32,000 bases of DNA. It comes from Candidatus Saccharimonadota bacterium (GTDB lineage: Bacteria; Bacteroidota; Bacteroidia; Flavobacteriales; Blattabacteriaceae). The stretch covers positions 90,001 to 122,000 of the forward strand of contig NZ_OZ034981.1 in the NCBI RefSeq assembly GCF_964030875.1. Reading direction: 5' to 3'. The notes under the pieces are model-generated. The model worked only from the letters and a program-made list of their open reading frames with translations, ran no database searches and was not told the DNA's origin. Positions 7,264 to 15,062 of this stretch are shown piece after piece. How positions within the stretch are numbered: position 1 is the first letter of the stretch; each line of letters starts with the position of its first letter. A program made the position numbers and the translations under genes.

Positions 7264-8460
7264 TTATGATAACATACGGCGAATACGAGCAAAAGCTTCC
7301 TTAAGATTTTCTTCAGAAGAAGCATAGGAAATTCTTATACAATTTTCATCTCCAAAAGGTCCTCCTCCAACAGTAGCCACATGAGCATGATTTAGTAGAT
7401 ACATAGCTAAGTCATCAGAATTAGAAATTCTTACACCAGAAAAAGTTTTTCCAAAAAGATCTGAAACATCTGGAAAAATATAAAATGCTCCCTGTGGAAT
7501 ATTGGAATGAAACCCGGGAATATTAGATATTTCTTCCAAAACCATATCCCTACGTTTTTTAAACGTATTAATCATATAACTAATTTTTTCATAAGAGGCT
7601 TTTAAAGCGCTAATAGCTGCTTTTTGTGCAATAGAATTGGCTCCTGAAGTAGTCTGTCCCTGAATTTTCTCACAAATTTGAGCCAGCCATTCTGGTGCCC
7701 CAATATATCCAATTCTCCAACCTGTCATAGCAAATGCCTTGGAAAGTCCGTTTACAGTAACTGTTTGTTCGTATACTTCTGGAAATTCTGCAATGCTAGT
7801 GTAAGTATCTAAATAATTAATATGTTCATATATTTCATCCGAAATTATCATAAGTTGTGGATGCTTGGCGAAAACCTCAGAAAGATACTTTAATTCTTTA
7901 CGAGAATATATACTTCCTGAAGGATTACATGGTGAGCTAAAAATAAATATTTTTGACCGAGATGTAATAGCATTTTCTAGACTTTCAGGGGAAATTTTAA
8001 AATCAGTTTGTAAAGTTGTGGGAATGATCACCTGTCTAGCCTCACATAAACTAGCCATTTCATAATAGCTAACCCAATAAGGAGCAGGAATAATTATTTC
8101 GTCTCCTGGATTAATAAGTGCTAAAAAAATATTAATCAGCGATTGTTTTCCTCCAGTAGATATTACTATCTGAGATGGCTTGTAATTCAGTCTATTATCT
8201 CTTAAAAATTTTTTACACACTTCTTCTCTCAACTCTAAATAACCAGATACAGGAGTATAATAATGATGTCCATCATCGATGGCTTTTTTCGCTGCTCCTA
8301 AGACAAAATCAGGAGGAGAAAAATTAGGTTCACCTACGCTCAAGTTAATTACATCATGTCCTTGTGCTGTAAGATTTCTAGCTCTTGCAGACATGGCGAG
8401 AGTTTGAGAGTATCTCAGATTTTTCAATCTATTGGAAATACTTTGCATTCTTTCCGTCAT
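7264..8460 (-). CDS. PLP-dependent aminotransferase, class I (aspartate aminotransferase-like)
   Basis: 398 aa. INLSVGEPNF..., ...SSPCNPSGSIY..., ...VNGLSKAFAMTGWRIGY (PLP lysine box), ...IRISYASS. Confidence 0.9.
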   Translation of the reverse strand: MTERMQSISNRLKNLRYSQTLAMSARARNLTAQGHDVINLSVGEPNFSPPDFVLGAAKKAIDDGHHYYTPVSGYLELREEVCKKFLRDNRLNYKPSQIVISTGGKQSLINIFLALINPGDEIIIPAPYWVSYYEMASLCEARQVIIPTTLQTDFKISPESLENAITSRSKIFIFSSPCNPSGSIYSRKELKYLSEVFAKHPQLMIISDEIYEHINYLDTYTSIAEFPEVYEQTVTVNGLSKAFAMTGWRIGYIGAPEWLAQICEKIQGQTTSGANSIAQKAAISALKASYEKISYMINTFKKRRDMVLEEISNIPGFHSNIPQGAFYIFPDVSDLFGKTFSGVRISNSDDLAMYLLNHAHVATVGGGPFGDENCIRISYASSEENLKEAFARIRRMLS

Positions 8461-8470
8461 TTAAATATAT

Positions 8471-9091
8471 ATGCATATTTTAGAGAAATATTTTACAGAA
8501 CTTACTGCTCATCAGTATGAGCAGTTTTTTGAAATGAAAACTATTTACGAATATTGGAATGCACGAATGAATTTGATTTCTAGAAAAACAATAGATAATT
8601 TTTATCAACAGCATGTGCTTCATTCCCTTGTAATAGCTAAAATCTCTCCATTTTTACCTGGAGCTAGGATCATGGATGCAGGGACAGGTGGAGGATTTCC
8701 AGGAATTCCTTTGGCAGTTTTATTTCCTAATAGCCAATTTTTATTAGTAGATTCTATTGTAAAAAAAATTCGAACAGTTACAGAAATTTATAAAGAATTA
8801 AATCTTCATAATGTATACACTGAATGTACACGTATAGAACAGTGGAAAGAGAATTTTGATTTTATCATTTCTCGTTCTGTTACAAGATTAAGTCAATTAG
8901 TTCATTGGACTTCAGGAAAATTTTTTAAAACTTCACATCATGCATTAAAAAATGGTCTTTTGTGCTTGAAAGGTGGAGATATAAGTAGTGATATTAAAAA
9001 TTTGCCCCAAGCTAGAGAATATGCTATAAGCAATTATTTTGATGAGTTCTTCTTCAAAAAGAAAAAAATCATTCACCTACCTAGTAGGTGA
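8471..9091 (+). CDS. rsmG: 16S rRNA (guanine527-N7)-methyltransferase
   Basis: WNARMNLIS...HVLHSL...IMDAGTGGGFPGIPLAVLFP...LLVDSIVKKI...SRSVTRL are GidB/RsmG motifs. Confidence 0.92.
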   Translation: MHILEKYFTELTAHQYEQFFEMKTIYEYWNARMNLISRKTIDNFYQQHVLHSLVIAKISPFLPGARIMDAGTGGGFPGIPLAVLFPNSQFLLVDSIVKKIRTVTEIYKELNLHNVYTECTRIEQWKENFDFIISRSVTRLSQLVHWTSGKFFKTSHHALKNGLLCLKGGDISSDIKNLPQAREYAISNYFDEFFFKKKKIIHLPSR

Positions 9092-9124
9092 TGACGAATA
9101 ATATATTTATAACGGATTTTACTT

Positions 9125-11077
9125 ATGAAACATAATATAAACGATAATAATTACACTGCTGATAATATTCAGTCGTTAGAGGATATTGATCATGTTCGTA
9201 TAAGACCATCTATGTATATAGGAAATATAGGACTAAGAGGGATTCATAATATGATTAATGAGGTTATAGACAATTCTGTAGATGAGGCTATGGCAGGATA
9301 TTGCGATAAAATTTGGGTGACAATACATGATGATAATTCCATAAGTGTACTTGATAATGGTAGAGGGATTCCGATAGATCTTCATAAAAAAGAAGGAAAA
9401 TCGGCACTTGAGGTGGTCATGACAAAGATAGGGGCAGGAGGGAAATTTCATAAGGATTCATATAAAGTATCTGGAGGGTTGCACGGTGTTGGAATTTCTT
9501 GCGTTAATGCCCTTTCTAGCTATTTAATTGCTTTCGTGTATAAAGAAGGAAAAATTTATTACCAAAAATATATCCGTGGAAAAGCTTTGGAAGAAGTAAA
9601 AATCATAGGAAAATCTAACCAACGTGGTACTAAAGTACAATTTCATCCTGATGAAAAGATATTCAAAATCATAGAATATGACTATGAGATTTTGGCTAAT
9701 CGCTTGAGGGAGCTATCGTTCCTTAATAGAGGACTTTCAATTTTTTTAATTGATGAAAGGACTATTTATGATAGTGGATTTCCAAACAAAGAAACTTTTT
9801 TTTCTCAAATTGGGCTAAAAGAATTCATTCTATTTATAGAAGCAAATAAAGAGCCTTTAATACAAGAAGTAATATATATAGAAGGAGAACTGGAAAATAT
9901 TACAGTTCAGGTAGCCATGCGTTATAATATCTCATTTAATGAAGATATTCGTTCTTATGCAAACAATATTAATACCAAAGAAGGCGGGACGCACTTGTCT
10001 GGATTTCGAAGGGCTCTTACTCGTACGCTAAAAAAATACGTCGATGAATTAAACTTTCTTTCCAAAGAAAGAATAGAGGTTACAGGTGATGATTTCCGAG
10101 AAGGATTAACGGCGGTAATTTCAGTAAAAGTTCTGGATCCACAGTTCGAAGGGCAAACAAAAACTAAACTAGGAAATACCGAAGTAAGCGGTGTAGTAGA
10201 TAGAATTGTTGGAGAAATGCTCTATGATTATTTAGAAAGACATCCCATTGAAACTAAAAAAATTCTTGAAAAAGCGTTATTATCAGCAAGGTCACGACAA
10301 GCCTCAAAACGTGCCCGTGAGCTTATACAGAGAAAAAAACCAATTATTATAAATGAATTATCTGGAAAATTAGCAGACTGTTCATCAAATGATCCGACTT
10401 CTTGCGAGATTTATATAGTAGAAGGGGATTCAGCAGGTGGAACAGCTAAACAAGGACGAGATAGAGAATTTCAAGCTATATTACCCTTGCGGGGTAAAAT
10501 TTTGAATGTAGAGAAGTCTGTTCAGTATAGAGTGTTCGTAAATGAAGAAATAAGAAACATATTTACGGCTTTGGGGGTCTCTATAGAGAATGAGGAAAAG
10601 CTACTAAGTAGTCCATCGTTAAACATTGACAATCTTCGCTATCATAAGATTATTATTATGACTGATGCTGATATTGACGGAAGCCACATCTCTACCCTAA
10701 TATTAACTTTCTTTTTTCGATATATGAAAAGTCTTATAGAAAATGGATATATATATATTGCTACCCCACCTCTTTTTTTAATAAAAAAGGGGAACAAACA
10801 CACCTATGCTTGGAACGATAAAGAGCGTGAAAAAATTATAGAAGATTTAGGTGGTCTGAAAGGAGTAAATATACAACGTTACAAAGGATTAGGAGAAATG
10901 AATGCTGATCAATTATGGTATACGACAATGAATCCAAAGAACCGGATTCTTAGAAAAGTAACTATAGAGAATTATATTGAGGCTGATAGGATTTTTTCTA
11001 TACTTATGGGAGATGATGTTTCTTCTCGCAGGAATTTTATAGAAAAAAATGCTGTGTATGCACATATTGATTACTAA
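9125..11077 (+). CDS. gyrB: DNA gyrase subunit B
   Basis: YTADNIQSLEDIDHVRIRPSMYIG, EVIDNSVDEAMAG, GGLHGVG, ...EIYIVEGDSAGGTAKQGRDREFQAILPLRGKILNVEK, IIIMTDADIDGSHI, RYKGLGEMNADQLW. Confidence 0.97.
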   Translation: MKHNINDNNYTADNIQSLEDIDHVRIRPSMYIGNIGLRGIHNMINEVIDNSVDEAMAGYCDKIWVTIHDDNSISVLDNGRGIPIDLHKKEGKSALEVVMTKIGAGGKFHKDSYKVSGGLHGVGISCVNALSSYLIAFVYKEGKIYYQKYIRGKALEEVKIIGKSNQRGTKVQFHPDEKIFKIIEYDYEILANRLRELSFLNRGLSIFLIDERTIYDSGFPNKETFFSQIGLKEFILFIEANKEPLIQEVIYIEGELENITVQVAMRYNISFNEDIRSYANNINTKEGGTHLSGFRRALTRTLKKYVDELNFLSKERIEVTGDDFREGLTAVISVKVLDPQFEGQTKTKLGNTEVSGVVDRIVGEMLYDYLERHPIETKKILEKALLSARSRQASKRARELIQRKKPIIINELSGKLADCSSNDPTSCEIYIVEGDSAGGTAKQGRDREFQAILPLRGKILNVEKSVQYRVFVNEEIRNIFTALGVSIENEEKLLSSPSLNIDNLRYHKIIIMTDADIDGSHISTLILTFFFRYMKSLIENGYIYIATPPLFLIKKGNKHTYAWNDKEREKIIEDLGGLKGVNIQRYKGLGEMNADQLWYTTMNPKNRILRKVTIENYIEADRIFSILMGDDVSSRRNFIEKNAVYAHIDY

Positions 11078-11084
11078 TTTATAA

Positions 11085-11650
11085 ATGTTAAGCTTCTTTT
11101 TTTTGAAGAAGGAAAGATTTTACTGGTAGATCAACCTAATTTTAGGTGGTGAAAAGAATTCGTTGGAAGATCTGCAGATTTGTCAATATTAAAAAAATCA
11201 AAGTCGTACATGCTGGAACTCTCGATCCAAAAGCTACTGGACTATTGATAGGATGTACAGGAAAAGCTACTAAGGAAACAGAAAAAGACTATAAAATTTA
11301 CAGTGGGACCCTAAAACTTGGGGCTACTACTCCTTGTTACGATTATGAAATGTAAGAAGATAAAATATTCCCCATTGATCATATACAAATTTATGAAACC
11401 GCTAAAAAATAATGCAACAACCACCAATTTTTTCAGCCCTTCAACAAGAAGGAAAACGTCTTTATAAAATGGCAAGAAAAGGAATTAAGATCGAAACAAC
11501 GTTAAGAGAAGTATAAGTAGAAATTTGAGGGTCCATTGTGGAAAAGGTCCGTATATTAGTTCACAATTTTGTAGATTCACCGCAGGGCCTAACAAATCAA
11601 TGGGTATACAATAAACGACGTAGATACAACCTATTGGCCTTAAATTGACC
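11085..11650 (+). pseudogene. truB: tRNA pseudouridine(55) synthase pseudogene (frameshifts and stops)
   Basis: Fragments lie in different frames. FEEGKILLVDQPNFRW* follows a T8 run at 11097-11104. Then VHAGTLDPKATGLLIGCTGKATKETEKDYKIYSGTLKLGATTPCYDYEM* (catalytic GTLDP box), QPPIFSALQQEGKRLYKMARKGIKIETTLREV*, and CGKGPYISS. Confidence 0.87.
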
Positions 11651-11832
11651 TATACTATGAACATCTGTACACGTAATCGGTGATATATTGCAATGGAATA
11701 TAAATTCGTTAAGTTTTCACTATTCCCATTATCTGGAAATCTCACTCGCAATACCTCTATAAATAGTATATTAGATATGTTTTTCCTGAACTTAATTGAA
11801 TTATCCAATCTCACCATGCCTCCGAAGAATTT

Positions 11833-12192
11833 TCATCCATGTTTTATTTTAAATTTCACTATTTTTTTTGACAGCCATTTTTTAAATCTATGTTCAGCCT
11901 CAGTATTATCAAAAACCCCTTTACGAACACCATCAATAAGATGTTTCTTATACATAACTCCAGAATTAGATAATATAGAACGAACTGTATCTGTAGGCTG
12001 AGCTCCTTTCTGTAACCATGAGATCGCTCTCTCAATACTAAGTTCAATAGTAGAGGGATCCGTTAACGGATTATAAAGACCTAATTTTTCTATAAATTTT
12101 CCATCTCTTGGAGAACGAGAATCGGCTACTACTATATGATAAACAGGATTATATTTCCTTCCGTATCGTTGAAGACGAATTTTTGTGGCCAT
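11833..12192 (-). CDS. rpsP: 30S ribosomal protein S16 (with the C-terminal extension typical of Bacteroidota)
   Basis: [42 protein letters not shown]. Confidence 0.95.
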   Translation of the reverse strand: MATKIRLQRYGRKYNPVYHIVVADSRSPRDGKFIEKLGLYNPLTDPSTIELSIERAISWLQKGAQPTDTVRSILSNSGVMYKKHLIDGVRKGVFDNTEAEHRFKKWLSKKIVKFKIKHG

Positions 12193-12229
12193 AAAATATC
12201 TCTTTAAATTTTCATAATATATTTATGAG

Positions 12230-12300
12230 GGACCCGTGGTGTAACGGTAGCACAGCAGATTTTGGTTCTGTTAGTCGGGGTTCGAATCCCTTCGGGTCTA
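12230..12300 (+). tRNA. tRNA-Gln (anticodon UUG)
   Basis: Acceptor ggacccg/cgggtct (one G-U), D-arm gtgtaacggtagcac, anticodon stem gcaga/tctgt with loop ttTTGgt, T-loop ttcgaat. One T-stem mismatch appears in my fold. Confidence 0.8.
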
Positions 12301-12336
12301 CAATTCCTCTGTTTCTAATACCCATTCAGTCATAAG

Positions 12337-12657
12337 TCAGAAAGGTAAATCATCAAATTCTTCCTTTGTATCTGATCTAGTTTCATTAATTTTTTCTATT
12401 TTCCATCCCTGTATAGAGTTGAAATACTTTGCAATTCCTTCAGGATTTATCCATTCTCGACCCCGTAGGTTAATGGATATCTTTACTTTATCGTTCGGGT
12501 AAATAGAATTAAGTAACTCTGTTTTCCCTTGAATAAATTCTATCAATAGATGTTGAGGATATTGTTCTTCAGTGGTAAGCACTAACTCTCTTTTTCTAAA
12601 TCCCTTAGACAAAATTTTAGTCTTTGATATTTTTTTTACTTTTCCTGATATTTCCAT
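12337..12657 (-). CDS. small conserved Bacteroidota protein (DUF3127-like) ending in an SSB-type acidic tip DDLPF
   Basis: 106 aa. FRKRELVLTTEEQYPQHLLIEFIQGKTELLNSIYPNDKVKISINLRGREWINPEGIAKYFNSIQGWKIE matches my recollection of the DUF3127 family. The C-terminus is ...KEEFDDLPF. Confidence 0.7.
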   Translation of the reverse strand: MEISGKVKKISKTKILSKGFRKRELVLTTEEQYPQHLLIEFIQGKTELLNSIYPNDKVKISINLRGREWINPEGIAKYFNSIQGWKIEKINETRSDTKEEFDDLPF

Positions 12658-12706
12658 AAATTATATATTATATTTTATATTTACTAAATATACGATAAAA
12701 TAAATT

Positions 12707-13063
12707 TTATAGAGTATCTAATTTAAAACGGGCTTCTTCGCTAAGCATAGAAGGGTTCCATGGAGGATCAAAGGTTAAATCAATTTCTACATTTCTTACT
12801 CCACCAATATCCTTAATTTTTCTTTTTACCTCCTCACGGAGATAATTAGCTACAGGACAGTTAGGAGAAGTAAGTGTCATAATAATTTTGACATCTACCT
12901 TATCGATTATTTTAATATCATATATTAAACCTAGATCATAAATATCTATAGGAATTTCATAATCATAGATTGATTGCAATACTGCAATAATACGTTCTTT
13001 AGAAATATTGTTTTGTTCTTCTATAATTGACACATCCGAATTATTTATCCAATAAATAAACAT
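12707..13063 (-). CDS. Fe-S cluster assembly protein, DUF59/MIP18 (SufT-like)
   Basis: VLQSIYDYEIPIDIYDLGLIYDI...IIMTLTSPNCPVANYLREEVKRKI...VRNVEIDLTFDPPWNPSMLSEEAR is a typical DUF59 core. The true start may be internal. Confidence 0.85.
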   Translation of the reverse strand: MFIYWINNSDVSIIEEQNNISKERIIAVLQSIYDYEIPIDIYDLGLIYDIKIIDKVDVKIIMTLTSPNCPVANYLREEVKRKIKDIGGVRNVEIDLTFDPPWNPSMLSEEARFKLDTL

Positions 13064-13350
13064 GATATATACGAAATTCTTGAATCGCTTCTACAGTAAC
13101 CTCATAACGCACTTGCTTTATTTGTTAGGGGAACGGTAATCAGAAGTATACTCTCGTAAATAAACGACTTTTAAAATTATAACACTGGCAGCTGAAGATT
13201 TTCAGGCCTATAACAGACTGTGTTGAAGTAAACATTTCGTTTTATAAAGAAAGTTTTTTAGCTCCTTAAAACGGATTAGTTTACCTACTGGGCTATAAAA
13301 TTATTTCGCTCATAAGTTCTAGCGGATATTTTTTTGTAGTCCCTGAACGA

Positions 13351-13380
13351 AGCATATCTAAGCATATCTAAGCATATCTA
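13351..13380. repeat. perfect tandem array, 10 bp x 3 (agcatatcta)
   Basis: Read directly. Confidence 0.95.
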
Positions 13381-13545
13381 CAACCTTAATTAAACCTAGA
13401 TCCGGTTGGCCACATCCACAGTACAGTCATCACTATAGAGAATGTCGTCAGAATCGTACACGTTGTAAACTATTCAGATATTTATTGGCTACTCGCTGTA
13501 TATCTTCGCACCGAATAGAACGGTAATGATTATCAGTAGATTGCG

Positions 13546-13649
13546 CAATTACAGCGAGCAATTACAGCGAGCAATTACAGCGAGCAATTACAGCGAGCAA
13601 TTACAGCGAGCAATTACAGCGAGCAATTACAGCGAGCAATTACAGCGAC
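13546..13649. repeat. perfect tandem array, 13 bp x 8 (caattacagcgag)
   Basis: Read directly. It drives the artefactual ORF 13526..13708 (39-bp translational period AITASNYSEQLQR). Confidence 0.97.
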
Positions 13650-13927
13650 ATATATACCCAGCAATGGTCAGCGTAGCATTGTATAATCATTCTCGTCAGC
13701 TGTATTGAGATCCAAACTACTTAACGTTGAGTTTATTATCAACTCTGGCATGTAACAGACGCAACAAGTATGATATTCTCCACGACCAATAAACCTCTAC
13801 AACCCGTATTCTTATACCCTACGTGGTCCAGTATACGGAACTAAAGGGTGATAACATGTAATCCGTTATCAATGGTGGATCGTATATACTTTGAGAGTTG
13901 GTGTATTCTTAGAGAATTTTCCTTTAG

Positions 13928-14395
13928 ATGAAATATTCAAAAAAGAAAATCCGTTTATTCCTTAGCATTGGGATATTTTTTTCTATCGTGTTTCAACCGA
14001 TTAGAGCACAAACGTACATCAACCGATTAGAGCACAAACGTACATCAACCGATTAGAGCACAAACGTACATCAACCGATTAGAGCACAAACGTACATCAA
14101 CGTAAATGTTGAAAAAGGCGCTAGTCTTTTTAAGACTAATTGTACTTCTTGTCATTCTACCGATATGACTAAAAAACTTATAGGCCCAGCGCTGTATGGC
14201 GTCACTAACAAGAGAAATAGTGAATGGATCAAGAATAATAAAGATTTAATAAAAAGCGGAGATAAAGACGCTATTTCGATCTATAAAGAATATGGGAAGA
14301 TAGACATGAACCCTTTTCCTCAGCTTTATGACACAGATATAATCCTCCTTAAAAAACTTCTGAAATACAACCATAAGATCCTAGTGAAACCTTGA
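13928..14395 (+). pseudogene. class I c-type cytochrome (signal peptide plus one CxxCH domain) interrupted by a stop codon created by a 26-bp x 4 array
   Basis: The ATG at 13928 gives MKYSKKKIRLFLSIGIFFSIVFQPIRAQTY. The array then reads INRLEHKRTSTD-TAG (14054-14056). The same frame resumes as ...INVNVEKGASLFKTNCTSCHSTDMTKKLIGPALYGVTNKRNSEWIKNNKDLIKSGDKDAISIYKEYGKIDMNPFP. The tracked ORF 14165..14395 starts after the heme motif. Confidence 0.82.
13994..14102. repeat. perfect tandem array, 26 bp x 4 plus a 5-nt partial copy (caaccgattagagcacaaacgtacat)
   Basis: Read directly. Units are 13994-14019, 14020-14045, 14046-14071 and 14072-14097. Confidence 0.97.
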
Positions 14396-14475
14396 TTAGG
14401 CTAGTTATACTAGGGTTTTGATTTTACTGATTCTGAGAATATACACGCTTGTTCGCATAATAGATGAAGAGTACC

Positions 14476-15045
14476 ATGAAAAAAATCCCGTCGTATTGGG
14501 GATATTCGTTAGATGGGATTATTGACGTGAATAAGGTATATCAGCCCAATCAAACGATTTATTTCTCTCATTCAAATAGATTGGCATTCTAGCGCAAAAT
14601 ATGGAAAAGTATCTGGAATTCCTTCTGCGAATATATGTCTGAATTGCCATGTTAGTATCACGGAATATAACGTCGATTAGATTGAAAATGGTAAATCTAA
14701 AATTTTTTAGACCAAAGAAATACAAAAAATTTATAAAGCTATAGGCCTAACCTATTCTAATAAAACTCACCCGATAAAATGGATAATATGCCTGATCATT
14801 CTCAGCATGTGGTAGCTGGAGAGGAAACAATCTAAGAATGTAGATGTGGTATGTAAAGTCTGTCATGGAGAAGTTCAAGATAAGGTAAAAATGGTTAATG
14901 TATGGGGTTAATTGTCATAGGACTACAGAAGTAAATATGGACAATAAATTACATGAAAAGTTGAAAAAACAACATAATGGTAAAAACCCGGTAAAAGTTA
15001 CAGTAGATTCTGTAGGAGGAATAGAATGTGGTAAATGTCATTAAC
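14476..15045 (+). pseudogene. actA: alternative complex III-like multiheme cytochrome c subunit (ActA-like) pseudogene
   Basis: Fragments: QPNQTIYFSHSN..., IDWHSSAKYGKVSGIPSANICLNCH, CKVCHGEVQDK, GVNCHRTTEVNMDNKLHEKLKKQHNGKNPVKVTVDSVGGIECGKCH*. They lie in several frames with stops, and one expected CxxCH appears deleted (IDWHSS). Confidence 0.75.
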
Positions 15046-15062
15046 TTCATAAATAACTCGAA

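Noticed and set aside
8461-8470. Only 10 bp separate the divergent starts of the aminotransferase and rsmG, which might indicate a shared, unusual control region.
   Set aside because: This is most simply explained by compact genome architecture, with promoters embedded in the neighbouring coding sequence or with slightly different true starts. Nothing distinctive is visible in the 10 bp.
11097-11104. T8 run in truB as a site of programmed transcriptional slippage that could rescue the gene.
   Set aside because: Several additional stops and frame changes lie downstream, so slippage at one site cannot restore a full TruB.
11693-12047. ORFs 11693..12001 (plus strand) and 11859..12047 (minus strand, alternative frame) overlapping rpsP.
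   Set aside because: They overlap the clearly conserved S16 gene and have low-complexity, unrecognisable translations.
12230-12300. T-stem mismatch in tRNA-Gln and a U-U mismatch in the anticodon stem of tRNA-Ser(GGA) (28427..28513) as signs of tRNA decay.
   Set aside because: Single mismatches are common in endosymbiont tRNAs, and my hand folds may not be optimal. This is not enough evidence to call them pseudogenes.
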